DNA of 64,000 nt from Lytechinus pictus (GCF_037042905.1 NC_087252.1:9364001-9428000), one strand, 5' to 3'. Positions 27,057 through 39,278 are shown, numbered from the stretch's first letter. The notes: generated by a model not told the origin, from the sequence alone. Program-made: numbers and translations.

Positions 27057-27180
27057 ACCCGAGCCCTAGCCTTAACCCTAGCCGTAACCCTAACCATAAG
27101 AGTACCAGCAACTGTAACCCTACCCGAAACCCAAACCATAAATGTACCAGCAACCCTAACCCTACCCCAAACCCTAATCT
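27057..27180 (+). repeat. Degenerate (CCCTAA)n telomere-like array, mirrored as (TTAGGG)n at about 32788-32915
   Basis: CCCTAGCCTTAACCCTAGCCGTAACCCTAACC...AACCCTAACCCTACCCCAAACCCTAA. Confidence 0.85.
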
Positions 27181-27546
27181 ATCGATGTCACTGATGTCAG
27201 TCAGTGACAGTATCATCATGGATGACATCGATAAGGACATCGTTGGAATGTAACAGGGAAGTGCAATGGTATAGGGGTAGGAACACGATGTGACATGAAA
27301 TGGGTGGGGGTATACAGTAGGATAAAAAACAAGGGGAGTTCTATGACATCATACTCGATATAGTCATCCATGACATCATTGGATTGCGATAGTGGAGTGT
27401 AGAACGTGATGGGACATGAAGGAAGGGGTAAAACAATAAGTTAAAAAAACAAGGAAACCTCTATAAAGGGTGGAGAAAAACCGTCGTTCGTCATTATTCG
27501 ACGAAGAAGGAGTCACACTCAAAAACTGGGACCGTCTACATACAAC

Positions 27547-27867
27547 ATGTGTAATAATACAACAGCAAACGTAGACGATACCGACTGGTGTCAAGAATTT
27601 CAGAAACATGTGGAAAAGGCGGACTTGCTCATCATGGTCATCGAATATCTGGCCATTATCGAGATTTTCAAAGACATGAACAAATATCCCACGACATGGG
27701 TGGAAGAACTGATCAAATAAAATGCTCAGATGCCAGAAGTACGGCAATCGGTGGAGTACTTGGACCCTCAGAAGGTGGCCAAATTTTACCCCCACGTAGC
27801 GAGAGTGATGTGGCTGAGACCAGACCCGTACCTCGTCACAGAATATGGGTTGTCTATAGCGTCATAA
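27547..27867 (+). pseudogene. Possible small gene within the arm (57 aa, or about 106 codons read through one TAA)
   Basis: TATAAA at 27462, ATG at 27547, MCNNTTANVDDTDWCQEF...WVEELIK*NAQMPEV...YGLSIAS*. The mirrored copy in the right arm has an additional stop. Confidence 0.35.
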
Positions 27868-29044
27868 CTTTATTACTTGTTTTATGAATATGAATTATGA
27901 AATATGTATATTCATAACTTGTATAAAAACATGGACATGATCGACGTCATAATTATGCATACATTATGAACAAATTAAGATTAAAGATATCGTGACGTCA
28001 CATCGATGATGTAGTGGTCCCAAACTTTGCTTGGTTTAGAGCCCTTGGTTGTTTGCTCTCTGTATTAAGCATCTTTCGGCTTGGATTTGATTCTCATACC
28101 TCGTTGGGTTTCATGCGAATCCAGATATGGCCAGTATCGTCGTAGCCATCAATGATCGATTTTCTAGTATGATGGGACTAATATGGCGAAAAACAATGGG
28201 GGAAGTTGTAAAGAGCGGAGGAAAAAAACAATTTATTCGTCAGTTTCGTCGTTTGGTTATTTTGCTAATTTTGTCATTTCATCATTTTGTTGTTCTTTCA
28301 TTTGTCAATCGGTCAATTATTCATTTTCTCGTGCTGCCATTTCGCCATTCCATCCTTTAGTGAGAATAGGGTGGGAAAGGGGAGGATCGATCGGCAAGGG
28401 AGGAGCACTGAGGGACAAGTATCCGTCTTTTCATCATAGTACAATTCGTCATTTTAATGTTATCCTGTTTGTGTTATTTTCATGCCATCGTTTTATTTTT
28501 TTCTCTCGTTTCGTCGTTTTGATAATTGTCGATCAGTCAATTGTTTATTTTCTCCATCTGTCATTCGTTCATTTCGTCGTTTTGTCATTTTCGTCCTTAC
28601 GTTACGTCGTTGTTTCGTTACTAACAGTTTCCAAAAGAAAGTGGTTTCATTAAAAATCAAGAAAGATATAAGAGAACAAACTAGCTGGTCATCATGCGTA
28701 TATACAATGATTGTACATCTTCTACTCCCTCCTTACAATCATATTCATACTTGTCAGTTGATTCATAACAATTATTAGTGTTATATTATTGGGAGAACTA
28801 TATCCCACACCCCACGATCGACACCCATGTCAACGATTCAACCAAAACAATATTGCTGCCTAAGTTCTTATACCCCCGAAATCTTCATTAATTATGGTCA
28901 CGACACCTTTTCCTCATTATTTCATTTTAGTCATGTGGGCATTGTTATCTAATTCAATTTGTATTCCGTCCTTCAATTCTCTCATCATTTGACCACGTTC
29001 ACCATTTTCTTTTCATTTTCTTATATCACCAGTCATGATCTACT

Positions 29045-29298
29045 GATTAATGTGATAAAAGTGGCAATTTAAGTGAAATATATACTAAAGTAATGGGGAG
29101 AGTTGTTCACAAGTGACATCACACATCTTTGTAGCATTGCCAATTTGAGGATCTCCATAGCATTAGTGATCGCAATATTCAAATGCTCATAACTTTTTTA
29201 TAATTTGTCTGATTTTTCTCAAACTTTCGTTAATCTGTTTCTTTGATTTTTCTGTTTTCACACAAGCTATCTTGTTCCAAAGGTTTCATTCTCCTTTA
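29045..29298. repeat. One-ended MITE fragment abutting the inner end of the left arm
   Basis: Ends AGGTTTCATTCTCCT-TTAA and has a MITE-type CATAACTTT...GATTTTTCTCAAACTTT interior; no matching left end. Confidence 0.5.
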
Positions 29299-29658
29299 AT
29301 AACGTGTGTCGTTTCGTTATATTTCGATGTCACTGTTTTCCCATCTCCACCTTTCATAATTTTGTCACACTTTCATTTTTCTTTCCGTAATTCGCAATCA
29401 CATATTGTAAATTATTCCTATTGGCAATCGGAATTTAGGTTGTTCTCGTCATTTTGATAATTCTGTCGTTCAAATCGGCGTCAACGGCGTTCAATAGTTG
29501 CCGCTCCTTGCGCCGGCAACGGCGTTATGCACTTCTGTATTGCAACGTTGTAACGTTACTTGCATGCGACATCATGGAAAAAATTGCAAACCCTACAAAA
29601 AGTAAAGATTCAGCCATTTCTTTTCATTTTGCAAGCTAGGAGCCATCAAGTCAACAGG

Positions 29659-30318
29659 ATGAATAACCTCGATATATCAAAACGCAACAGCTGTTCACTA
29701 TGCCATAGAACGTATAGTCGTAAATATGACATGAAAAGGCATCAACAAAATGCACATCCTGAAAAGGAAAATGCTTATGATTATGCTGAAAATGAATACG
29801 AGGATGAAGATTCCAAAAACGAGGACAGTCATAGTGATGACGAGGAAGTAGAAACGAGTCATTCAGAAAGAGATGACGATGATACAGAGGACAATGAATC
29901 TTCTAATTCAGAGACACCTGACAGTGACGACCCAGCAGACAACCTAGCTTATCAAGAATGGTACGCAGAGGCGATGGCAGCTACCGAGCAATTTAGGAAT
30001 GAAAAGTACGACAAATACATCTCCAATGGAATGAGTGATGAAGAAGCCAAAGAAAAGGCTCGTGTGAAAGTTCTGTGGGCCGTCAAACGGATCTTTTTCG
30101 ACCGCTATTCTAATTTTTTGCGACAAAGTTTGTACCTCGAAGAGAACGACACGAATCAGGAAATAATTTCTGATCTCTCGGAAAAAGTAGAGAGTGGCAT
30201 GAACGTTCGGAAAGCAGTACAACGAGTCTTAGCAAGACAAGGAACCAAGTTCGATGGATTATTCCAATATCAAACTGAAGAGGATGATGATGATGGTGAT
30301 GATGATGAGATGGAATGA
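29659..30318 (+). CDS. 219-aa protein: single C2H2 zinc finger, long acidic tract, helical C-terminal domain, acidic tail
   Basis: First in-frame ATG at 29659; CSLCHRTYSRKYDMKRHQQNAH; intact and intronless; AATAAA at 30490. Confidence 0.85.
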   Translation: MNNLDISKRNSCSLCHRTYSRKYDMKRHQQNAHPEKENAYDYAENEYEDEDSKNEDSHSDDEEVETSHSERDDDDTEDNESSNSETPDSDDPADNLAYQEWYAEAMAATEQFRNEKYDKYISNGMSDEEAKEKARVKVLWAVKRIFFDRYSNFLRQSLYLEENDTNQEIISDLSEKVESGMNVRKAVQRVLARQGTKFDGLFQYQTEEDDDDGDDDEME

Positions 30319-30723
30319 ACCGTCGAAATTGATAACTCAAATACTGCATTGATTGATTTAGTACGGAATCTATACATTGAGTCCGTTCTTAGGGTGGAAA
30401 GAAATAATGCATATTCATTAAATGAACTGACACGAGTCTAAAACCCTTTAAAAATACCATTCTGTATGTGATTACCCTGTGTTCTGTGTAATAAAAATAA
30501 ATTAAAATAAGTTTATCCCAGATTTCTGTTTCTTAGTGTGTGTGGGTTGTATGCGTTTCATATTTTTTTTTCATAATATTTGGCCAGCTTTACCCTTAGT
30601 GCTTTACCATAATAAAGAAACTTTTATGTGATATCCTAGAGCATGTAGAGAGACAAAGAATATACGTAGCTATTTATTATTGAACTATGTCTAGGAGTGG
30701 AAGGAAATACGATCTTGCGAATG

Positions 30724-33043
30724 ATGACTGGTGATATGAGAAAATGAAAAGAAAATGGTGAACGTGGTCAAATGATGAGAGAATTGAAGGACGGAATACA
30801 AATTGAATTAAATAACAATGCCTACATGACTAAAATGAAATAATGAGGAAAAGGTGTCGTGACCATAATTAATGAAGATTTCGGGGGTATAAGAACTTAG
30901 GCAGCAATATTGTTTTGGTTGAATCGTTGACATGGGTGTCGATCGTGGGGTGGGGGATATAGTTCTCCCAATAATATAACACTAATAATTGTTATGAATC
31001 AACTGACAAGTATGAATATGATTATAAGGAGGGAGTAGAAGATGTACAATCATTGTATATAGGCATGATGACCAGCTAGTTTGTTCTCTTATATCTTTCT
31101 TGATTTTTAATGAAACCACTTTCTTTTGGAAACTGTTAGTAACGAAACAACGACGTAACGTAAGGACGAAAATGACAAAACGACGAAATGAACGAATGAC
31201 AGATGGAGAAAATAAACAATTGACTGATCGACAATTATCAAAACGACGAAACGAGAGAAAAAATTAAAACGATGACATGAAAATAACACAAACAGGATGA
31301 CATTAAAATGACGAATTGTACTTTGATGAAAAGACGGATACTTGTCCGTCAGTGCTCCTCCCTTGCCGATCGATCCAACCTTTCCACCCTATTCTCACTA
31401 AAGGATGGAATGGCGAAATGGCAGCACGAGAAAATGAATAATTGACCGATTGACAAATGAAAGAACAACAAAATGATGAAATGACAAAATTAGCAAAATT
31501 ATGAAAATAACCAAATGACGAAACTGACGAATAATTTTTTTTTCTCCGCTCTTTACAACTTCCCCCATTGTTTTTCGCCATATTAGTCCCATCATACTAG
31601 AAAATCGATCATTGATGGCTACGACGATACTGGCCATATCTGGATTCGCATGAAACCCAACGAGGTATGAGAATCAAATCCAGGCCGAAAGATGCTTAAT
31701 ACAGAAAGCAAACAACCAAGGGCTCTAAACCAAGCAAAGTTTGGGACCACTACATCATCGATGTGACGTCACGATATCTTTAATCTTAATTTGTTCATAA
31801 TGTAATAATAATAATAATAATTGGCATTTATCAATCTACGACTGTTCAAAGCGCTTTACAATTATTATTACCCGGTCACTGGATTCATAGCATTCCAAGC
31901 AGCCTGTTAGGCGCAAACTTGCTAAACCAACCACAATGACGGTTGTTTCCTACCGGTGCATGTATGTATGCATAATTATGACGTCGATCATGTCCATGTT
32001 TTTATACAAGTTTTGAATTTACATATTTCATAATTCATATTCATAAAACAAATAATAAAGTTATGATGCTATAGACAACCCATATTCGGTGACGAGGTAC
32101 GGGTCTGGTCTCAGCCACATCACTCTCGCTACGTGGGGGTAAAATTTGGCCACCTTCTGATGGTCCAAGTACTCCACCGATTGCCGTACTTCTGGCATCT
32201 GAGCATTTTATTTGATCAGTTCTTCCACCCATATCGTGGGATATTTGTTCATGTCTTTGAAAATCTCGATAATGGCCAGATATTCGATGACCTTGATGAG
32301 CAAGTCCGCCTTTTCCACTTGTTTCTGAAATTATTGACACCAGTCGGTATCGTCTACGTTTGCGGTTGTATTATTACACATGTTGTATGTAGACGGTCCC
32401 AGTTTTTGAGTGTGACTCCTTCTTCGTCGAATAATGACGAACGACGGTTTTTCTCCACCCTTTATAGAGGTTTCCTTGTTTTTTAACTTATTGTTTTACC
32501 CCTTCCTTCATGTCCCATCACGTTCTACACTCCACTGTCGCAATCCAATGATGTCATGGATGACTATATCGAGTATGATGTCATAGAACTCCCCTTGTTT
32601 TTTATCCTACTGTATACCCCCACCCATTTCATGTCACATCGTGTTCCTACCCCTATACCATTGCACTTCCCTGTTACATTCCAACGATGTCCTTATCGAT
32701 GTCATCCATGATGATACTGACTGACGTCAGTACTATCATCTTCCATCGTGTTCCGATGTCACTGACTGACATCAGTGACATCGATAGATTAGGGTTTGGG
32801 GTAGGGTTAGGGTTAGGGTTGCTGGTACATTTAGGGTTTGGGTTTCGGGTAGGGTTACAGTTGCTGGTACTCTTATGGTTAGGGTTACGGCTAGGGTTAA
32901 GGCTAGGGCTCGGGTGACGTCATGACGCCCAAGACACCCTCATTATGTATTCACGACCCTCATTAATATTCATGACCCTCATTAATATTCATTAGGGGTT
33001 ACGTAACATTACGTCATGACGCTGGAGACGTTCTTATACTACT
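30724..33043 (-). repeat. Right inverted arm (about 2.3 kb)
   Basis: Mirror of the left arm plus an insertion of about 160 bp and an extra segment of about 40 bp near 32725-32765. Confidence 0.95.
31804..31960 (-). mobile_element. 5'-truncated retroposon (SINE-like) 3' fragment in the right arm only
   Basis: (TAA)n tail, absent from the left arm, and resembles the 3' part of the SINE at 45645-45925. Confidence 0.65.
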
Positions 33044-33471
33044 CTGGTCCTGTTGACATAAAAATAACAATATATACATAATAGATAAAAGAGTAACTTG
33101 GGTTCTGTACAAGTAATGAGAGAGTTCAATAATAGAATAGAAAGGGTTTTTTTAAGTGTTTTAAAACACCACATAGATTTGTGCGTTGTAAATTTGCAGG
33201 AATGTGATTTTAGATCAATGTTTTTAATACTTTTATTTCTTATTATTTTGTTCTATTAAATAATAAGAATTCTTTTTCAACACCACTCTTTTTATCCTCT
33301 CTCATTCTCTTTCCCACTATATTCTCCCTTTCTCCAGATCGCTTTGTAATGTTCCTTTCCCCTCTGTTCAATTGTCCACATCAATTAAATCCATATTAAG
33401 AATATTCTCATTTAAATAACAAACATCAGTGCGTTGTGCTCCCTTTTCGACAGGGAAAGAAACGCTATTTA

Positions 33472-35718
33472 AAACTAGATTTTAATTCGTCATGCGGACG
33501 AATAAGGTGGTCTGTCATGATTTTTCATTCATTGTCGGCTAATGTTGTATGAAATGAATCCCGGGAATGAATCATTCAGATATGATTGATAATCTTGATC
33601 ATAGACATCAAAGGAATAAGTTTTGACCATTGCTAAATGTGATTATAAATGTAGTGATGACAATCGTGATGATTTTAATGATGGTGGTGATAATGCAATA
33701 TGTTAAATACGAAATAAAGTTAGGAGCACGTAAAATGCCTTAAAAACTCCTCAAAAATCTCAGACGATTTTACCGAAATTGGCTTTCCAAAATTGCGCAA
33801 TGAAAGGCGCCTTAATTTTCACAGCAGCTAATTTTTAATCAACAGTTCGATGTTTTTTATGCAAAATCTTGTTAAAAATTGTTTATACTTTGAGCATTTT
33901 TTTTAAAGATTTCACCCACTGACATTTCACAATGTCAGTGGGTATTAATTTCAAAGAATACTTGAAAATTCATAGGTGATACTTTTTGAAAACTAAAATA
34001 TCTCAAATATTTTTGTTCAAATTTTCTGATACATTTCAATATATTTTAATGAGAAGTTTCACAATGCTATAATTTCACAGCATTCACATCAAAACTCATC
34101 AGTGATGTATTTGATAAAAGAACCAAGTAGAATTTTATTTTGTAAATGTTTCCAAAATATTTGCAAATTTCTAAACATTTCAAATAATATTTTTCGTCAA
34201 GTATTTCCAATATCCATTTATTAATTGTGTATGACGTTGACATTTACTTAAAAATTCTTTCTTGATGATTTTTACTGAAAAAAGTCAGGTAAAAGATTCA
34301 AATACTGGCGATTTTCCCGCAAAATTTCGGGAACATGTGTAATTAACTAAATTGCACAATTTTTTTCATTTCACAGAAGGTACCTGAACATTGTTTATAC
34401 GTTATATTTAGTAAAAATGACCAAACAGAAAAAAATCCAGGAATTTCCGCAAAATGTCTGGAATGAAATTTTTCAACCCAATAACGTTTAAATATTGCAT
34501 CGTTTACACAAAAATACATAAATGATGTTTTACAATGTTAAAATTGCCCCTTAAAAAGTTCCGGCAAAATTACAAAATGTGTCCTACATAAGTAACGGCA
34601 AAGCAGGTGGGCTTAAAATTTTCAGCAAGACCGTACAATTGATTAATGAAGCATTTTCTTTAAAAAATTCTCAAAAATTAGGTCCAGAAAAAAATAGCAA
34701 AAACTTAAACAAGTCATAACACACTAATGCTGTGGTCGAAAGTGAAAATTATTCGCACGTTATTTGTAGAAAATTGTCTTCACTACATCATATCAAAATT
34801 TGAGAGAAAATCGACCACTAATAACGAAGATACAGCCAAATATAAATAAATACTAAATAAATAAAAAATTGATGAATTGCCGAAAAAATGTTTTTTTACT
34901 TCGAATAGAATTTTGATGTCATCACAAAATCTCCAAAGGAGATATTGACTATATCCAAGAGTGAGGAAAAATTGGGGGTTCCCGTTCGTTCTGAAGAGCT
35001 ACAGTGAATTTTTAATAGGCATGTTTTTGCCCATATATGGCCTATAGTAAGAGCTCGCGCGCACACATGCTGCAAACTTTAACGGGTGTTAATTTCGTTA
35101 TTAATGGTCGTAGAAGGTTGATCAAGGTATCAAATTGCTCAGAATTATATTATCAATGCAATGATATAAAAAATGGCGTTTCTGCGTTGCGTTGAAGGCG
35201 TTACGCGCGGAAACGCGCGCGAATACCTGTGCGTGCGCAAATTTTTGAAATGCTTAAAATGACCTGAAACGTACTTTACTTTGGTCAAAAAGTGATTTTG
35301 AGCATTTTAAAAAATTGACGAGCGCGTACGCGCGCGTCGTGACCTCCAGGTGACCTTTGATGACATGACCTGTTGACCCTTGACCTGAAGTTGATGTGAT
35401 AATAATTTGATTGATTTTTTATAATTGATAGTGGAGATATGATCGACAATGTGATTTTACAAAATGGCGCCTGGATGACGTCATCATGACCTGATGACCT
35501 TGAAAAAGTTGATTTTACTTGAAATCATAGGGCTTGATGACTGACAGAAATTTGAAGGAAATTGACCATGTCGATTTCGAGTGAACGTGTGTACAAAAAA
35601 GTGTACGGAAGAAATAAAAATAAATAAAGAATAAATAAATAAATAAATAAATAAATAAAGATAGAAAGAAAATTCTAGCGAAATCAAGAGGTGATCTGTC
35701 ATAGACAGACCACCTAAT
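33472..35718 (-). mobile_element. Helentron-associated non-autonomous element (DINE-1/HINE-like)
   Basis: 12-bp subterminal inverted repeats AGGTGGTCTGTC (33505) / GACAGACCACCT (35704), an extra inverted copy at 35689, terminal hairpin ATTCGTC/GACGAAT at 33485-33503 and (AAAT)n at about 35618-35660. Confidence 0.75.
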
Positions 35719-35751
35719 AAGCTCAAATACATGTAGTAGTAGTAGTAGTAG

Positions 35752-36180
35752 AGTTGGTGATTGTATTACCGAACATGTGCAAAATAATTTCGTATGCTCA
35801 AAACTTTGCAAAATCCTTCCAAATGGCACTTGAATAGAAAGATGATGAAAAATGGTCAAAACACATTTTAAAAGTTTTAATATTCTCCCAAAAAAAATTA
35901 AATATGGTCCGAATAGCTCATTAGTGATTTTCAACTTTTCTTTTAGAAAACACACGTTCGGTAACTTTTTAAAGTGACCAAAATATTTCACATGCAAAGA
36001 GGGGTTTGATTGGAAGGTGATATCGTAAAAAAGAAAAACGATTTCGGCAAAATTTTTACATATTTATTTTGTAGGTATTTGTGTATTTATGGTGAAAGAT
36101 TTTTTTTTATTTAATGAGAAAAATGAGTTTGATAGATATGATTGAATTCATGAAAATGTTCGGTAATACGATCCACTACC
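35752..36180. mobile_element. MITE
   Basis: Inverted ends GATTGTATTACCGAACAT / ATGTTCGGTAATACGATC. Confidence 0.65.
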
Positions 36181-37324
36181 ATACTTGAATGAAGCGAAAG
36201 TGTGGCACAAGCATTACAAATAGACTGTAGAACTGATATCTTACTCTTGAGGTATACATGACAGCAGGTGAAACTTTGCACTACGTAAAGATGAAGAAAG
36301 GTACTTTAAACAGTATGAGATAATCACCTAACATTCCAGGGGACCTTATTTGGCTCCCTCAAAAAAATTATATGATAAATCCATAAACTAGACAGGGCCA
36401 CGCCATATCGTTATTTGGGATACATGCATGGGTATGCGGTTCTTACACAAGTGCATATCAGACCCAGAATTGCTCAAAAACTTGATTTCATATATAAAGC
36501 CAATGTGAATTCTCACCAAAATTTGTATCTGTATCATGATTTATACTTTTTGTTAATGATTGGAAAATTATTGTCAATAATTCCCATAAAAAACAAAAAA
36601 AAAGTATTAAAAACTGTACATAAAAATATAAAGAAAACACTTTTAAAAACTTTAAAACATTTCATACTGATTTTTTTTTCTAATATGCATTTGCTCAGAA
36701 TTCCTCAATAAAAAAAATAGAATTTCAAGGGCTTTATTTATACATGTATATCTAAATCCAAATTTGTATTTTATGCACTAAAATTGGCATACTTTTAATT
36801 GATTCAAATTAAATAAAGCATATATATTTATTTAGTGAATTAACCTTTGAAACCCCATGGATTATGCGATTTTTTTTCCATTGTGCACATTCTTCTCCCC
36901 CCCCCCCCCGATTGACAAGAATCAAAAGACACCGGGACTACAGTACATGTGTGAGGAATAAACTTATAAAATGTCAACTTACTTGAATGTTCTTTTTGGG
37001 GGGCATTCAAGTTCCATGATTTAGTAATTTTGGGGGAAATTTAAACTTTTCTGTTGGAAATTTAGTAACAGAAATACTGATCATCTCTTACTTACTCGAA
37101 AAAAACTATTTAAAACATCAATAGCTTAATTATACTGTATAGTGTAATTGGTTTAGAGAAAATTGCATCATTTTTGGAAAACAAATTAAAACGATTTTAA
37201 ACGTTTTAAAACAATAAAAAAAATTGTGTTTTTTTAATGAAAAACGTTTTTCATTGACACCCTGATTTTCACTCAATATTTCGTTCTTGCTTTTTCCGTT
37301 TGGAAATTAAAAAAACAAATTATG

Positions 37325-38094
37325 TAGTGCGTCCCACAAAAAAACGAAACCGAGATTTATCGATGATTTAACATATCTTAATCACAAATGCGATATTGCA
37401 AAGCTTAGAATCTCTTCTTTCATCTGAAATTACTAGATTAATTCTCATTCACGCATGAGTGGGCAAAAACAATTTGAAGAGGGGATACCGAAAAGTCACT
37501 TGGCGGGCTGTATCTGGGTTTCAAAAATCTGCCCTTTAATTTGATCCCTCAATTATAGAGAATGGTCAGGAAATAACAAAGTTCTGATTATTTGAAATAA
37601 GGCTTGAATTTCAATAATTTCATAAAATGAAGAGGTTTTACAGGCTAGCGTTCAAACTCACTCGCCACTCCGTTTTTTTAACGATCAGCCATGCGTTAAG
37701 TCTTTTGTTAACCGTGCGATAATTGGAAACCGGTGGAAACACAATTATTTAATGAAATTATGGAAATACAAGCAATTGTTTCGGGGAACAGAACTTTCTT
37801 ATTTCTTGACCATTTTCTGTTATTAAGGTATCAAATAAAAGAGCAGATATTGAACTTTTTGGGCATGTGATTTTCTTTTTGAAATTCAGATACCCCCTGC
37901 CAAATGAGTTTTTAGCATAATTTCTTCAAATTGTTTTTGCTCACTCATGCGTGAATGAGGAATAATTTAAGTAATATCAGATGACAGAGGAGATTCTAAG
38001 CTTTACACTGGTAGGTCATTTGTCTATTGTATTTATGATTAAAATATGATAAATCATCGCTAAATCTCGGTTTCGTTTTTTGTGGGATGCACTG
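37325..38094. mobile_element. Palindromic Tc1/mariner-like MITE
   Basis: AGTGCGTCCCACAAAAAAACGAAACCGAGATTTA... / ...TAAATCTCGGTTTCGTTTTTTGTGGGATGCACTG-TA; the arms pair over several hundred bp. Confidence 0.85.
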
Positions 38095-38499
38095 TATAAT
38101 AGTACCTTGATTCAGGGGTATACGTATATCCCAACGACACTGATGCGAGTGCGAAACGCGACCTGAAAAGGTTTAATATTCGACTTAAAGTTTAGGCATT
38201 ATAAGCACTACTGGTAACCATGAACTGGATGGGTATTTAACAAATCGTTTTATCCAAGCGCGAAGCACATGCTTAAAATTGTTGATATTCCGACCCATTG
38301 ATTGACATTCTAAGCATTTATCTAACCATGAACAGGGTCGTCTCCTTATCTCTCTCAACATTTTATGCGAGCGCGAAGACCGAGATGAAAGTATTTGATA
38401 TTTGACCTAAAATTTTGAGTAGGATGGGCATCTGATTGTAAGCATTTGATGCAAGCAAGCATGGGTTTGCCTTCCTCCCATCCCATGACACCCCGGTCA

Positions 38500-38955
38500 A
38501 TCATCAAATAGAGTCCCAAAGGTCGAATATGAATTTAGACTCCCAGGAAAACATTGAATCGGCGCTCCAAAGGTCAAATGTGAATTTAGGGCCCCACACC
38601 ACATGTTAAACATCAATTCGGCGCCCCCTATGTCGAGCTTCAATTGGACGCCCACAGTTGACACATAAATTCGGCGCCCCTAACAAGCCTCCCCCCCTAT
38701 CAGGGACATCAATTCGGTGCCCCCTAGGTCGAACATCAATTCAGCGCCCCCTAGGTCGAAAATAGATCCGGTGCTCCCTTTATCAAGAATTAATTCGGCG
38801 CCCCTATGTCGAACATCAGTTCGGCGCCCGAGGTCGAACATCAATTCGGCGCCCCAACCCCCGCCCCTCGGTTGAACGTCAATTCGCACCCCCCCCGGTC
38901 TATGTTGGACATCAATTCGGCACCCCCTATGTTGAACATCAATTTGGCGCACCCG
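38500..38955. repeat. Minisatellite, unit about 25-35 bp
   Basis: Repeated GGTCGAACATCAATTCGGCGCCCCCTA. Confidence 0.9.
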
Positions 38956-39278
38956 CCCCTACCCCCCCCCCCCCCTTCCCCCGCTTCCCTCTTCTTTTTT
39001 TTTCCTTCTCTCTTTCTTTCTCGTTTTTTATATTGTTATTTTCTTCTTTTCTTCTTGTTATTTCCCCCTTTTTTCTCTCTCTTTTCTCCCTTTTTTTGAC
39101 GCCCCATTTTTCGCCTACCCGGGGCCCCGGGCCCCAAAATCCCCACCTTCCCGAATACGCGCACGAAGGTCATTAACCTTGTCAGCTCTCCAGGGTCAAA
39201 CGTCAAACTTTTTAATAAACAACATTCTCTACAGAATAACAGCAAACGTTGAAAGTCAATTTTGTTTGCTTTATAATC

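Larger units (their letters stand above)
26929..29036 (+). repeat. Left inverted arm (about 2.1 kb)
   Basis: Reverse complement of 30724-33043 with scattered substitutions and small indels; mirrored ORFs appear in the track. Confidence 0.95.
26929..33043. mobile_element. Non-autonomous Polinton/Maverick-type element, 6115 bp
   Basis: Termini AGTAGTATAAGAACG... / ...CGTTCTTATACTACT, perfect 6-bp TSD CTGGTC (26923-26928, 33044-33049) and very long inverted arms. No integrase, polB, ATPase or capsid ORF. Confidence 0.85.
22043..37264. mobile_element. Probable hAT-like shell element expanded by nested insertions
   Basis: Ends CAGGGT... / ...ACCCTG, TSD ATTTTCAA / ATTTTCAC (7 of 8), and TTTAAACG/TTTTAAAAC subterminal repeats at both ends. 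Confidence 0.5.

Noticed and set aside
27057..27180. True telomere or chromosome fusion site
   Set aside because: Short, degenerate and embedded symmetrically within transposon arms.
28127..28778. Overlapping ORFs in the arms (mirrored at 31107-31637)
   Set aside because: Low-complexity TCGTC/TTTG sequence, and frames differ between the two arms.
26929..33043. Assembly artefact explanation for the giant palindrome
   Set aside because: The arms differ by substitutions, indels and a private insertion, and the unit has an exact TSD.
38500..38955. CRISPR-like array
   Set aside because: Units are contiguous and degenerate, with no distinct spacers.
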